NCBI GenBank assembly: GCA_014239155.1
Contig: JAAZZQ010000050.1
Span: 22,284-86,283, forward strand
Origin: Lachnospiraceae bacterium
Lineage (GTDB): Bacteria; Bacillota; Clostridia; Lachnospirales; Lachnospiraceae
Reading direction: 5' to 3'
DNA length: 64,000 nucleotides
Shown: piece after piece, positions 56,439 to 64,000 of the stretch
Layout of the letters: every line of letters starts with the position of its first letter
Numbering within the stretch: the stretch's first letter is position 1
Notes under the pieces: model-generated
The model's input: the letters and a program-made list of their open reading frames with translations, nothing else
Told to the model about the DNA's origin: nothing
The model's database searches: none
Position numbers and translations under genes: made by a program

Positions 56439-58085
56439 TTAAAAAGAAACCTGTATCGTTGTTCCTTCCCCGACTTTGCTTTGCAAATCAATTTTACCAT
56501 TCAGATGCTGCACTGCATGTTTCACAATAGAAAGACCTAATCCAGTTCCACCGGATTCTTTAGACCGACTCTTATCCACCCGGTAAAACCGTTCAAATAT
56601 CTTTGCCTGATGCTCAGGCGAAATACCAATGCCGGAATCTTTTACAGAAACTACAGCTTTGTCTTTCATTCTATTTACAGAAACCGCTACGATACCGCCA
56701 TCTCTATTGTATTTAATCGCGTTATCACAAAGATTAAAAATAGTTTCTGTCAAAAGCTGTTTTACACTTTTTATATAGACGGATTCCCCCACTATGCTTA
56801 TCTCAATATTTTTTGCTGCCGCTATATTTTTGAGCCTGCTGACCACCTCATCTGCAACCTCATATAAGTCAACATCTTCAAAAGGCATTTCATTCTCCTC
56901 GTCAAGCCTTGACAAGCGGATAATATCCTCAATCAGTGTAAGAAGTCGTTCCGCTTCTGTACGGATATGACCTACAAAACGCGGCATATCCTCCGTCTTT
57001 ACAAGACCATTTTCTATTAATTCCGCGCTTCCCATAATGGATTGCAGCGGAGTTTTTAATTCATGTGACACGTTGGCAGTAAATTCTTTTCGGTTTCTCT
57101 CTGCAAAAGCAGCTTCCGTTCTATCAAAAGCAAGCACAACAGCCCCAATCACAGCTCCATTTGATTCAATACGATTGACATGAAGCTGATACTCTTTGCC
57201 CTCGCGCTCTATCCGAATTTCGCTATGCCCATTCCGTAATGCACTCTGTACTGCATTGCTTACATCATGGCTTCTTTCAATTGTTAGAAAATCTTTCCCT
57301 TTGCAGGAACGTTCTGCACGAAACAAAGAAAGCGCAGCAGGATTGATACTTAAAATGATATTATTTTCATTCAGCAGCACAAGCCCCTCTGTCATGCTGC
57401 GGGTAATCTGCGTAAATTCATCATTTTTTCTTTGAAGTTCCGATAACTGCAAATCAATTTGCCTGCGTTGTTTATTGATACGATTCAACAGTGGAGCCAA
57501 TTCCTCATAAGTGTCATTTTCCAGTGGTTTTTCCAAATCAAGACAATCCAAAGGCTCCATAATATGTTTCGAAATCCTGCTGGCTAACACCCCTGATAAA
57601 ATAAACGCTACAACAAGGACTATCATAATTGGCTGCATCATTCCCAGCACAAGCACCCATATTGTCACACTTTTGACCGAGATTCGGAGCACCGAACCAT
57701 CTTTTAGTCGCTGTGCATAATAAAGTGTTTTTTCTAATAACGTTGTGGAATAGCGCGTGCTTTTTCCTTTACTATTTTGCATAGCTTCTTGTATCTCTAT
57801 TCTATCTGCATGGTTTTCCATACTTTTTTCATCAGAAAACGTATCATAAAGAACCGTTCCATTATCAGCAACCCATGTCAAGCGGTACTGGCGAGATTGC
57901 AAGTCCTCAAGATATTCCTGTCCGCTTTTCTCAACACCGGTAGCTGCTAACGTTAGCTCATCCTCTAACTGCCTTTCCTGAACATCACTAAAATAACGGT
58001 ATAAACAACCCATAATAATGACAATACTTGCCATTAGGATAGCCAGTGCCACAATCATAATTGACCGAAATATTTTCTTTGTCAT
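56439..58085 (-). CDS. phoR: PhoR-type phosphate-sensing histidine kinase
   Basis: 548 aa with 2 TM, PAS, H-box FTANVSHELKTPL and ATP-binding GGTGLGLSIVKH. 4-nt overlap with the upstream OmpR-family regulator. Lies in the pst-phoU locus. Confidence 0.85.
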   Translation of the reverse strand: MTKKIFRSIMIVALAILMASIVIIMGCLYRYFSDVQERQLEDELTLAATGVEKSGQEYLEDLQSRQYRLTWVADNGTVLYDTFSDEKSMENHADRIEIQEAMQNSKGKSTRYSTTLLEKTLYYAQRLKDGSVLRISVKSVTIWVLVLGMMQPIMIVLVVAFILSGVLASRISKHIMEPLDCLDLEKPLENDTYEELAPLLNRINKQRRQIDLQLSELQRKNDEFTQITRSMTEGLVLLNENNIILSINPAALSLFRAERSCKGKDFLTIERSHDVSNAVQSALRNGHSEIRIEREGKEYQLHVNRIESNGAVIGAVVLAFDRTEAAFAERNRKEFTANVSHELKTPLQSIMGSAELIENGLVKTEDMPRFVGHIRTEAERLLTLIEDIIRLSRLDEENEMPFEDVDLYEVADEVVSRLKNIAAAKNIEISIVGESVYIKSVKQLLTETIFNLCDNAIKYNRDGGIVAVSVNRMKDKAVVSVKDSGIGISPEHQAKIFERFYRVDKSRSKESGGTGLGLSIVKHAVQHLNGKIDLQSKVGEGTTIQVSF

Positions 58086-58759
58086 GCCTGCACCTCTAAT
58101 CTATATCCTACACCTCGTACTGTTTCAATGATTTTTCCGTAACTTTTCAGTTTCCCGCGCAATGTACGAATGTGCATATCAACTGTTCTTGTCTCACTGA
58201 CATAATCTGCGCCCCATATATCGTTAAAAAGTTGATCCCTTGTAAATGCAATGCCCGGATGAGAAAGAAACAGCCGAAGAAGTTCAAACTCCTTTAATGT
58301 GAGCTGTACCCTTTCATTATCAATCGTAACAGTATGTTCCTCCAAATGAACAACAAGACCACCCGTTTTCAAAAGATGCTGTACCTCTGTGGAATTGCAT
58401 CTGCGAAGTACCGCCCTCACACGGGAAACCATTTCCATCATTCCAAATGGTTTTACAAGATAATCGTCTGCCCCTAAGTCAAGGCTTTGTATTTTATCAT
58501 ATTCCATACCTTTTGCAGTAGCCATAATTACGGGAATCCGAGCGGTTTCTGTGTTATGTTTTAAAAATTTTAACAATTCTACGCCGTCCTCCCCCGGCAG
58601 CATAATATCAAGAATTATCAAATCCGGTTTCTCTTTGTTTAATGCCTCTTTAAAAGCTGCTGCGTCTGGAAAACCTTGTGCCTCAAAATCAGTGGAACGA
58701 AGCGTATATACTTCAATATCCCGAATACTTGCATCATCTTCAACACACCATATCTTCAT
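58082..58759 (-). CDS. phoP: OmpR/PhoB-family response regulator (PhoP/PhoB-like)
   Basis: 225 aa. Receiver domain (LIILDIMLPGEDG) plus a winged-helix domain (VDMHIRTLRGKL...VRGVGYRL). Confidence 0.88.
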   Translation of the reverse strand: MKIWCVEDDASIRDIEVYTLRSTDFEAQGFPDAAAFKEALNKEKPDLIILDIMLPGEDGVELLKFLKHNTETARIPVIMATAKGMEYDKIQSLDLGADDYLVKPFGMMEMVSRVRAVLRRCNSTEVQHLLKTGGLVVHLEEHTVTIDNERVQLTLKEFELLRLFLSHPGIAFTRDQLFNDIWGADYVSETRTVDMHIRTLRGKLKSYGKIIETVRGVGYRLEVQA

Positions 58760-58790
58760 ATATTTCCTCCAAAACCTTGACGTTTCATAC

Positions 58791-59441
58791 CTATCCTAGC
58801 TTTCCCTTGTGTGTTCCAGTCACAGAGAATACCACCCACTCCGCAATGTTCACCGCATGATCCCCAATACGCTCAAAATATTTTGCAATCATTAGAAGAT
58901 CCAATGCATATCCTCCGTCTGTCGGGTTCTCTGCTATCATTTTAATCAATGCTGTTTTTACTTGCATAAATAAATGATCCACTATATCATCATGGTCAAC
59001 AACCGTCTTTGCAAGAACAATATCTTGCTTTACAAAGGCATCTATGCTTTCTGTAACCATTTGCATTGTCGCTTCCGCCATAAAACGGATATATTCACAT
59101 TCTTCTCCAGTCCTGCCATCAAGAAATGTAATGATTTCTGCAATATCCGCTGCCTGTGTTCCAATCCGTTCCATATCCGTAATCATTTTAAGGGCCGCGG
59201 AAATCTGCCGCAAATCCCTTGCAACAGGCTGCTGCTGCAAAAGCAATTTCAAACACAATGTTTCTATTGTACGTTCCATCTGGTTTATTTCTCCATCAAG
59301 GGATAAAACCTTATCTGTCAGTTTCACATCACCCATAGAGAGCGCCTTTGAAGCAATGGCTATCGCTTCTTCGCACATCGCTCCCATCTGTGTAAGCTCA
59401 TTATTCAGCATAGCAAGCTGTTCATCAAACCGGCTTCTCAT
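58791..59441 (-). CDS. phoU: Phosphate signalling complex protein PhoU
   Basis: 216 aa. Two PhoU repeats (ERIGTQAADIAE, ERIGDHAVNIAE). Confidence 0.92.
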   Translation of the reverse strand: MRSRFDEQLAMLNNELTQMGAMCEEAIAIASKALSMGDVKLTDKVLSLDGEINQMERTIETLCLKLLLQQQPVARDLRQISAALKMITDMERIGTQAADIAEIITFLDGRTGEECEYIRFMAEATMQMVTESIDAFVKQDIVLAKTVVDHDDIVDHLFMQVKTALIKMIAENPTDGGYALDLLMIAKYFERIGDHAVNIAEWVVFSVTGTHKGKLG

Positions 59442-60196
59442 TATCCAAACCTCCCCGTAATATAATCCTCTGTTCGCTTATCTTTCGGCTGTTCAAACAT
59501 CTTTTCCGTGTTTCCATATTCAATTAAATCACCGAGGAGGAAGAACGCTGTATTATCAGAAATTCGCACAGCCTGCTGCATATTGTGCGTTACAATGACA
59601 ATAGTATACTTTTCTTTTAGTTCCATTGCAAGTTCTTCAATCTTAGATGTAGAAATCGGATCAAGAGCGCTTGTAGGCTCATCCATCAAAAGCACATCTG
59701 GTTCAACCGCTAATGCACGCGCAATACAAAGCCGCTGCTGCTGGCCTCCTGATAACCCTAATGCAGACTTTTTTAACCTGTCTTTTACTTCTTCCCAAAT
59801 GGCTGCCCCACGCAGGGAGCGTTCCACAATATCATCTAATTTTGCCTTGTTTTTTATTCCATGTGTCCTTGGTCCATAAGCAATATTATCATAAATGCTC
59901 ATGGGAAATGGATTTGGTTTTTGAAAAACCATTCCAATACTCCTGCGAAGTTCATTGACATCTGTTTTCGCACCAAAAATGTTATTTCCCCGATAGTACA
60001 CTTCCCCTGTAATTCTCACACTTGGAACCAAGTCATTCATTCGATTGAGCGTCTTTAGAAAGGTAGATTTTCCGCACCCCGAAGGACCGATGAGAGCTGT
60101 AATGCTGTGTTCTTCAATTTCAATATTTATATTTTTTAGAGCTTGTGTATTCCCATACCAAAGACACAAATCCTTCACTGTCATAACACCACTCAT
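59441..60196 (-). CDS. pstB: Phosphate ABC transporter ATP-binding protein
   Basis: Walker [10 protein letters not shown], signature LSGGQQQRL, and the PstB-specific N-terminal pattern. Confidence 0.95.
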   Translation of the reverse strand: MSGVMTVKDLCLWYGNTQALKNINIEIEEHSITALIGPSGCGKSTFLKTLNRMNDLVPSVRITGEVYYRGNNIFGAKTDVNELRRSIGMVFQKPNPFPMSIYDNIAYGPRTHGIKNKAKLDDIVERSLRGAAIWEEVKDRLKKSALGLSGGQQQRLCIARALAVEPDVLLMDEPTSALDPISTSKIEELAMELKEKYTIVIVTHNMQQAVRISDNTAFFLLGDLIEYGNTEKMFEQPKDKRTEDYITGRFG

Positions 60197-61056
60197 AGTT
60201 CTCTCCTTTTCTGAAAGTATCTGCCTACCAATGTAGCTAACAGATTGATAAACACTGTCAGTATCATCAAAATAGCAGCAATGGCAAAAGCTATTCCAAA
60301 TTCTCCATTTTCTTTTGCATATACATACAATGCAACCGTCAATGTCGCCCCTGCGCTGCCAAGCCCCTCAAAAAAACCATTTAAGGAATGGGCAAAACCT
60401 GCCGTAAACAGAAGTGCTGCGGATTCTCCAAGAATACGCCCAACAGACAAAATACAGCCGGTTATAACGCCGTCAACGCAGCCAGGAAGTACAACAGTAC
60501 GAATGACACGCCATTTTCCTGCACCCAGTCCAAAAGCACCCTCACGCAAGTTTTCTGGCACTGTCTTTAGACTTTCCTGCGTCGTTCGCATAACCGTAGG
60601 CAGATTCATAATTACCAATGTAAAGGCGCCTGCCAAAAGAGAAGTTTTCATGCCGAAAAACTGACAGAAGAACAGCATACCTACAAGACCATAAATAATT
60701 GACGGAATGCCAGATAACGTTTCAGCAGCGTATTCAATCGCATTTACCAGTTTCTTATTTTCTGCATATTCTGTAAGGTAAATGGCTGCACCCACTCCAA
60801 TCGGAAGGACAATCACTAAAGTTGCCACTACGATATAGAGCGTGTTAAGAATATCCGGTAGGATTCCTATCCGCTCAGAAAGATAACTCGGTTTTGTAGT
60901 AAGCAGTTCCCACGTTATATTTGGGATTCCTTTCCACAGCACATAACCGACTAAAAACAACACCAATGCGACAGTAATTGTTATAGAAATTCCCATCAAC
61001 ACACGCATTATGACAATATATGCTTTCCTCTTAAGAGAAATTGTTTGTTTTTGCAT
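60193..61056 (-). CDS. pstA: Phosphate ABC transporter permease PstA
   Basis: 287 aa, polytopic. [20 protein letters not shown] loop. Confidence 0.9.
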   Translation of the reverse strand: MQKQTISLKRKAYIVIMRVLMGISITITVALVLFLVGYVLWKGIPNITWELLTTKPSYLSERIGILPDILNTLYIVVATLVIVLPIGVGAAIYLTEYAENKKLVNAIEYAAETLSGIPSIIYGLVGMLFFCQFFGMKTSLLAGAFTLVIMNLPTVMRTTQESLKTVPENLREGAFGLGAGKWRVIRTVVLPGCVDGVITGCILSVGRILGESAALLFTAGFAHSLNGFFEGLGSAGATLTVALYVYAKENGEFGIAFAIAAILMILTVFINLLATLVGRYFQKRREL

Positions 61057-61058
61057 AT

Positions 61059-61934
61059 TCAGTTCTCCTTACGATGTTTCAAAAAGAAATTTAATATAGC
61101 ATTTATTAGCATGATAAAGAGGAACAGCACCAATGCAATCGAAAACAATGCCTGTTTTTGCAGACTTCCGTCAGCCGCATAGGACATCTCACTTGCCACG
61201 GCAGTTGTCAAAAAACGAACACTTTGAAAAATCCCCGGCATATTCGGTGCATTCCCAGCTACCATCATAATCGCCATCGCTTCTCCAATCGCTCTGCCAA
61301 CCCCCAGAACCACCGCTGCAGCAATTCCGCTTTTGGCTGCAGGAACAGACACACGAAAGTACGTTTCAATTGGTGTCGCACCAAGGGCAAGGGAAGCGTC
61401 CTCATATTCCTTTGGCACAGCCTCTAATGCTGTAAGTGACACTTTTATAATGGAGGGCAAAATCATAATTGCAAGCACAATAATTGCCGCAAAAAGACTC
61501 GCTCCGTCTGGTATATGAAAAGCAATCCGTATTCCCGGAACAAGCACCATCATCCCCACAAGCCCATACACTACCGAGGGAATACCTGCCAACAGATTGA
61601 TTGCTGTTTCTATCATGGCTTTTACCTTCCGCTTTGCAATCTTAGACAAATAAACCGCTGTCATAAAACCAATTGGCACTCCAACAATAATTGCCCCCGC
61701 TGTTCCATAAATACTTGTTAGAATAAACGGCAATATTCCATACCTAGGCTGTGCGGCTGTAGATGCCCACTCTTCACCAAACAAGAAATCCAAGATACCA
61801 ATTTTGCGGATTGCTGGAATCCCTGATAAGATAAGATAAACCGTAATCAGAAGCACACAGCCAACTGTAATAAGTCCAAGCACAAGAAACACACCATGTA
61901 TTGCGTTTTCCATAAACCGTTTTCTGTTCTTCAT
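61059..61934 (-). CDS. pstC: Phosphate ABC transporter permease PstC
   Basis: 291 aa, polytopic. EDASLALGATPIETYFRVSVPAAKSG loop. Confidence 0.9.
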   Translation of the reverse strand: MKNRKRFMENAIHGVFLVLGLITVGCVLLITVYLILSGIPAIRKIGILDFLFGEEWASTAAQPRYGILPFILTSIYGTAGAIIVGVPIGFMTAVYLSKIAKRKVKAMIETAINLLAGIPSVVYGLVGMMVLVPGIRIAFHIPDGASLFAAIIVLAIMILPSIIKVSLTALEAVPKEYEDASLALGATPIETYFRVSVPAAKSGIAAAVVLGVGRAIGEAMAIMMVAGNAPNMPGIFQSVRFLTTAVASEMSYAADGSLQKQALFSIALVLFLFIMLINAILNFFLKHRKEN

Positions 61935-62060
61935 CTGCCTTCCCCTTTATATCTTTTAATTTGTGCAAGCAGACAAACAATGAATGACAAATGACAACTC
62001 TATTGCTTGTCTATTTTGCGACTGTCACGAGAACCAATAATTTTAATGTCTATATCAAAA

Positions 62061-62870
62061 TTACTGGCTGACTGGTACTGCGCCAGCAGAAGAAATAATT
62101 TCATTCGCTTCCGATGAAGTAATATAGTCGAAAAACTTCTGCGCTGTCACTGAAAGCTTTGTATCACTCTTTGTTACCAGTATAAAAGGGCGCTGCACAA
62201 CATAACCTCCGTCTTTTACTGTTTCTTCGGTAGGCATAATGCCGCCGACAGAGAGCGCTTTCACTGTTTCCTTTACAGATGCAAGGGAGGCATATCCAAC
62301 CGCCCCTGGATTACTAGCTACCGTTGTAATCACATCTCCGGTAGAGGTCAGTTCCTGACGATATTTACAGGCATCTTCCGTTCCAGTAATGGATTCAAAA
62401 CCATCTCTTGTTCCGCTTCCTGCTTCACGCCCAATCAGGACAATTTCCAAATCATTACCGCCGACATCTTTCCAATTTTTTATTTCACCTGTATAAATTC
62501 GGGAAATCGTTTCTAGGTCAAGATCATTTATTGGATTATCAGGATTCACTATAACAGCAATTCCATCCAGTGCAAGTATGGTTTCTTTAAGCCCCTGTGC
62601 CTTTTCTTCCTCTTTTAAGTTACGACTAGAAAGACCAATATCACATCGCCCCTCTGCTACTGCCGTTATCCCTGATCCAGAACCAGTAGGATTATATGTA
62701 AAGGTTACACCTGAATTGTTTTCCTCAAAAGATTCTCCCAATGCACCGATAACCTTCTCCATAGAAGTTGATCCGTCTGTAGATACTGTGCCGCCTTGCG
62801 TTTTTCCGCATCCAACCATTGTTACAATAGTAAGTGCTGAAATGATAATAAAACTGATCATTTTTTTCAT
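62061..62870 (-). CDS. pstS: Phosphate-binding lipoprotein PstS
   Basis: The start is set at MKKMISFIIISALTIVTMVGC (lipobox). GSGSG and GREAGSGTR phosphate-binding blocks are present. Confidence 0.9.
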   Translation of the reverse strand: MKKMISFIIISALTIVTMVGCGKTQGGTVSTDGSTSMEKVIGALGESFEENNSGVTFTYNPTGSGSGITAVAEGRCDIGLSSRNLKEEEKAQGLKETILALDGIAVIVNPDNPINDLDLETISRIYTGEIKNWKDVGGNDLEIVLIGREAGSGTRDGFESITGTEDACKYRQELTSTGDVITTVASNPGAVGYASLASVKETVKALSVGGIMPTEETVKDGGYVVQRPFILVTKSDTKLSVTAQKFFDYITSSEANEIISSAGAVPVSQ

Positions 62871-62885
62871 AATGTTTTGCACCAA

Positions 62886-62921
62886 GCCTCAAGCGAAAAT
62901 GCTTGCATTTTCATTTGAGGC
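62886..62921 (-). other. Perfect nested hairpin in the pstS 5' leader, abutting the start region
   Basis: GCCTCAA (62886-92) pairs with TTGAGGC (62915-21). Inner pair GAAAATGC (62895-902) with GCATTTTC (62905-12). The only GAGG near the pstS start lies in the stem. Confidence 0.4.
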
Positions 62922-63037
62922 GCAAACACAAGGGGTGAAAGATATGTGTTTGCATTTTATCCCTTTCTCTTTTTTTTCTTTCACCCTTACTCCTTTTTGT
63001 GATTTTTTATTTTACATTTATTATGATAACTATCATC

Positions 63038-63078
63038 TGTAAAATCCAAAACATAACTTTTGTAAAATCTTTGTAAAA
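63038..63078 (-). promoter_or_regulatory. Pho-box-like direct repeats upstream of pstS
   Basis: Three TTTTACA repeats on the minus strand (plus-strand TGTAAAA at 63038, 63061, 63072). Two are spaced 11 bp apart, as for Firmicute PhoP TT(A/T/C)ACA boxes. Confidence 0.4.
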
Positions 63079-63079
63079 T

Positions 63080-63240
63080 GAAAGTCTTTCCCTACTCGCG
63101 CGCTGGGTGCCCGTCAGCTTGCTGACATACTTCATTTGGGCACTCGTGTGCAATCGAGTAGGGAAAGACTTCTCCCCTACTTTCTGCGCGACCCGTGCGC
63201 CACATTAGTGGCATATTTCCTTTGCACGGGTCTGTGCATA
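63080..63240 (+). repeat. Two tandem nested-hairpin units (family 2); unit 1 is enclosed by a 17-bp perfect stem
   Basis: Unit 1: TGGGTGCCC / GGGCACTCG around GTCAGC-TT-GCTGAC. Unit 2: GACCCGTGC / GCACGGGTC around GCCAC-ATTA-GTGGC. The outer stem pairs 63082-63098 with 63155-63171. Confidence 0.55.
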
Positions 63241-63275
63241 AAAAAAGCAGCAAATCTTTTCAGACTTACTGCTTT
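63238..63275 (-). terminator. Rho-independent terminator of the CDF transporter gene
   Basis: The minus strand reads AGCAGTAAGT-CTGAAAAG-ATTTGCTGCT (10 bp including 2 G-U) followed by TTTTTTTAT. Confidence 0.65.
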
Positions 63276-63374
63276 CTTTGTTGACATATTCATTTTAAGA
63301 GTGACACGTTCGATTTGTGTTGTACATAACACCAACAAACTCATTTCTACCACTTTTAAAAACTTGCATTTTAA

Positions 63375-64000
63375 TCATTGCAGCTGCTCTGCCGGATTTA
63401 CATGAATCATAATGTGCTTTGTATCTGGAAAATCCTTTTCAACATTACTATGTACACTCTCCGCAATTGCATGTGCTTCGCGAAATGTTTTGTTTGCATC
63501 TACACTAATTTCCAAATCAACATACACCTTATTCCCAAACATTCTGGTATGAAGCACATCAATACCACAAATGCCATTTTGATTTAAAATATATTCACTT
63601 AATTCCTTTTCATAGGCTTCGCCGCAAGAAGTGTCCAATATTTTCTTGACCGCATCTAGTAGAATGTCAAATGCTACTTTCAAAATAAAAAGACAAATAA
63701 CAACACTCGCAACAGCATCTAACACAGGAAATCCAAGCATTGCACCGCCTATGCCAATCAGCGAACCAACGGAAGAAAAAGCATCTGAACGGTGATGCCA
63801 TGCATCTGTCATAAACTGATTTTGAAGTATGTGGAGCAGTATAAAGCCAACCACAGTTATTATGTACGTTATTAAAAATCTAAGGGCAAAGATGCCTACC
63901 TGCGCCGCCATGAAACCGAGCTTATCCTCCATAATGGTGCGTGCGGAAAATATGCTGAAACGTATGGGTATCAATCTGAAGAATATTGAAAAACTTCGCA
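63375..64000 (-). CDS. Cation diffusion facilitator (CDF) family transporter; N-terminus beyond window edge
   Basis: DAWHHRSDAFSSVGSLIGIGG (TM5 metal site region) plus a C-terminal cytoplasmic domain (VDLEISVDANKTFREAHAIAESVHSNV). The frame stays open to position 64000. Confidence 0.8.
   Translation of the reverse strand, partial: RSFSIFFRLIPIRFSIFSARTIMEDKLGFMAAQVGIFALRFLITYIITVVGFILLHILQNQFMTDAWHHRSDAFSSVGSLIGIGGAMLGFPVLDAVASVVICLFILKVAFDILLDAVKKILDTSCGEAYEKELSEYILNQNGICGIDVLHTRMFGNKVYVDLEISVDANKTFREAHAIAESVHSNVEKDFPDTKHIMIHVNPAEQLQ

Noticed and set aside
63136-63405. 89-aa plus-strand ORF
   Set aside because: It spans the nested-hairpin repeats and the CDF terminator. It has no RBS, and the reading frame is a by-product of GC-rich stems.

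Overview
64-kb chromosomal segment from a low-GC Gram-positive anaerobe. The protein signatures look Clostridia/Lachnospiraceae-like, but the taxon is inference only. The window is gene-dense and mostly minus-strand. I recognised no rRNA, tRNA, CRISPR array, transposase or integrase.

Layout:
- 1-16.6 kb: glucuronoxylan/uronate utilisation locus. It holds GH3, a LplABC-type ABC importer, GH67 alpha-glucuronidase, an AraC regulator, GH2 and a mannitol-dehydrogenase-family reductase. An AT-rich type II R-M module (Dam-family MTase plus a 434-aa putative REase) interrupts it.
- 16.8-31.7 kb: two MCPs, then an accessory mix. This includes a P-loop NTPase, an alpha/beta hydrolase, a CXXC-peptide/4Fe-4S/TlpA trio, GDPD, an orphan Phd/YefM antitoxin, PAP2, PHP, CheD and an AI-2E permease.
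- 31.8-46.2 kb: a 1280-aa secreted acidic/FN3-like protein, followed by the most unusual unit in the window. This is a tightly coupled six-gene operon: a VWA/DUF2201-like protein, four paralogous cytoplasmic ankyrin-like+LRR proteins, and a MoxR-type AAA+ ATPase. I propose it as a candidate undescribed NTPase-driven sensor/conflict-type system.
- 46.4-56 kb: a class D beta-lactamase-like lipoprotein, gene remnants, a DUF2975/XRE pair, a C45 peptidase, a FlxA-like protein, an AgrC/LytTR two-component system and a NUDIX hydrolase.
- 56.4-62.9 kb: a complete pstSCAB-phoU-phoPR locus with Pho-box-like repeats, then a partial CDF transporter.

Several families of short intergenic repeats are unexplained by the genes. 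One is a four-copy two-hairpin ~73-nt motif. Another is a nested-hairpin unit present three times.

All calls come from reading the sequence and ORF translations. No database search was run.
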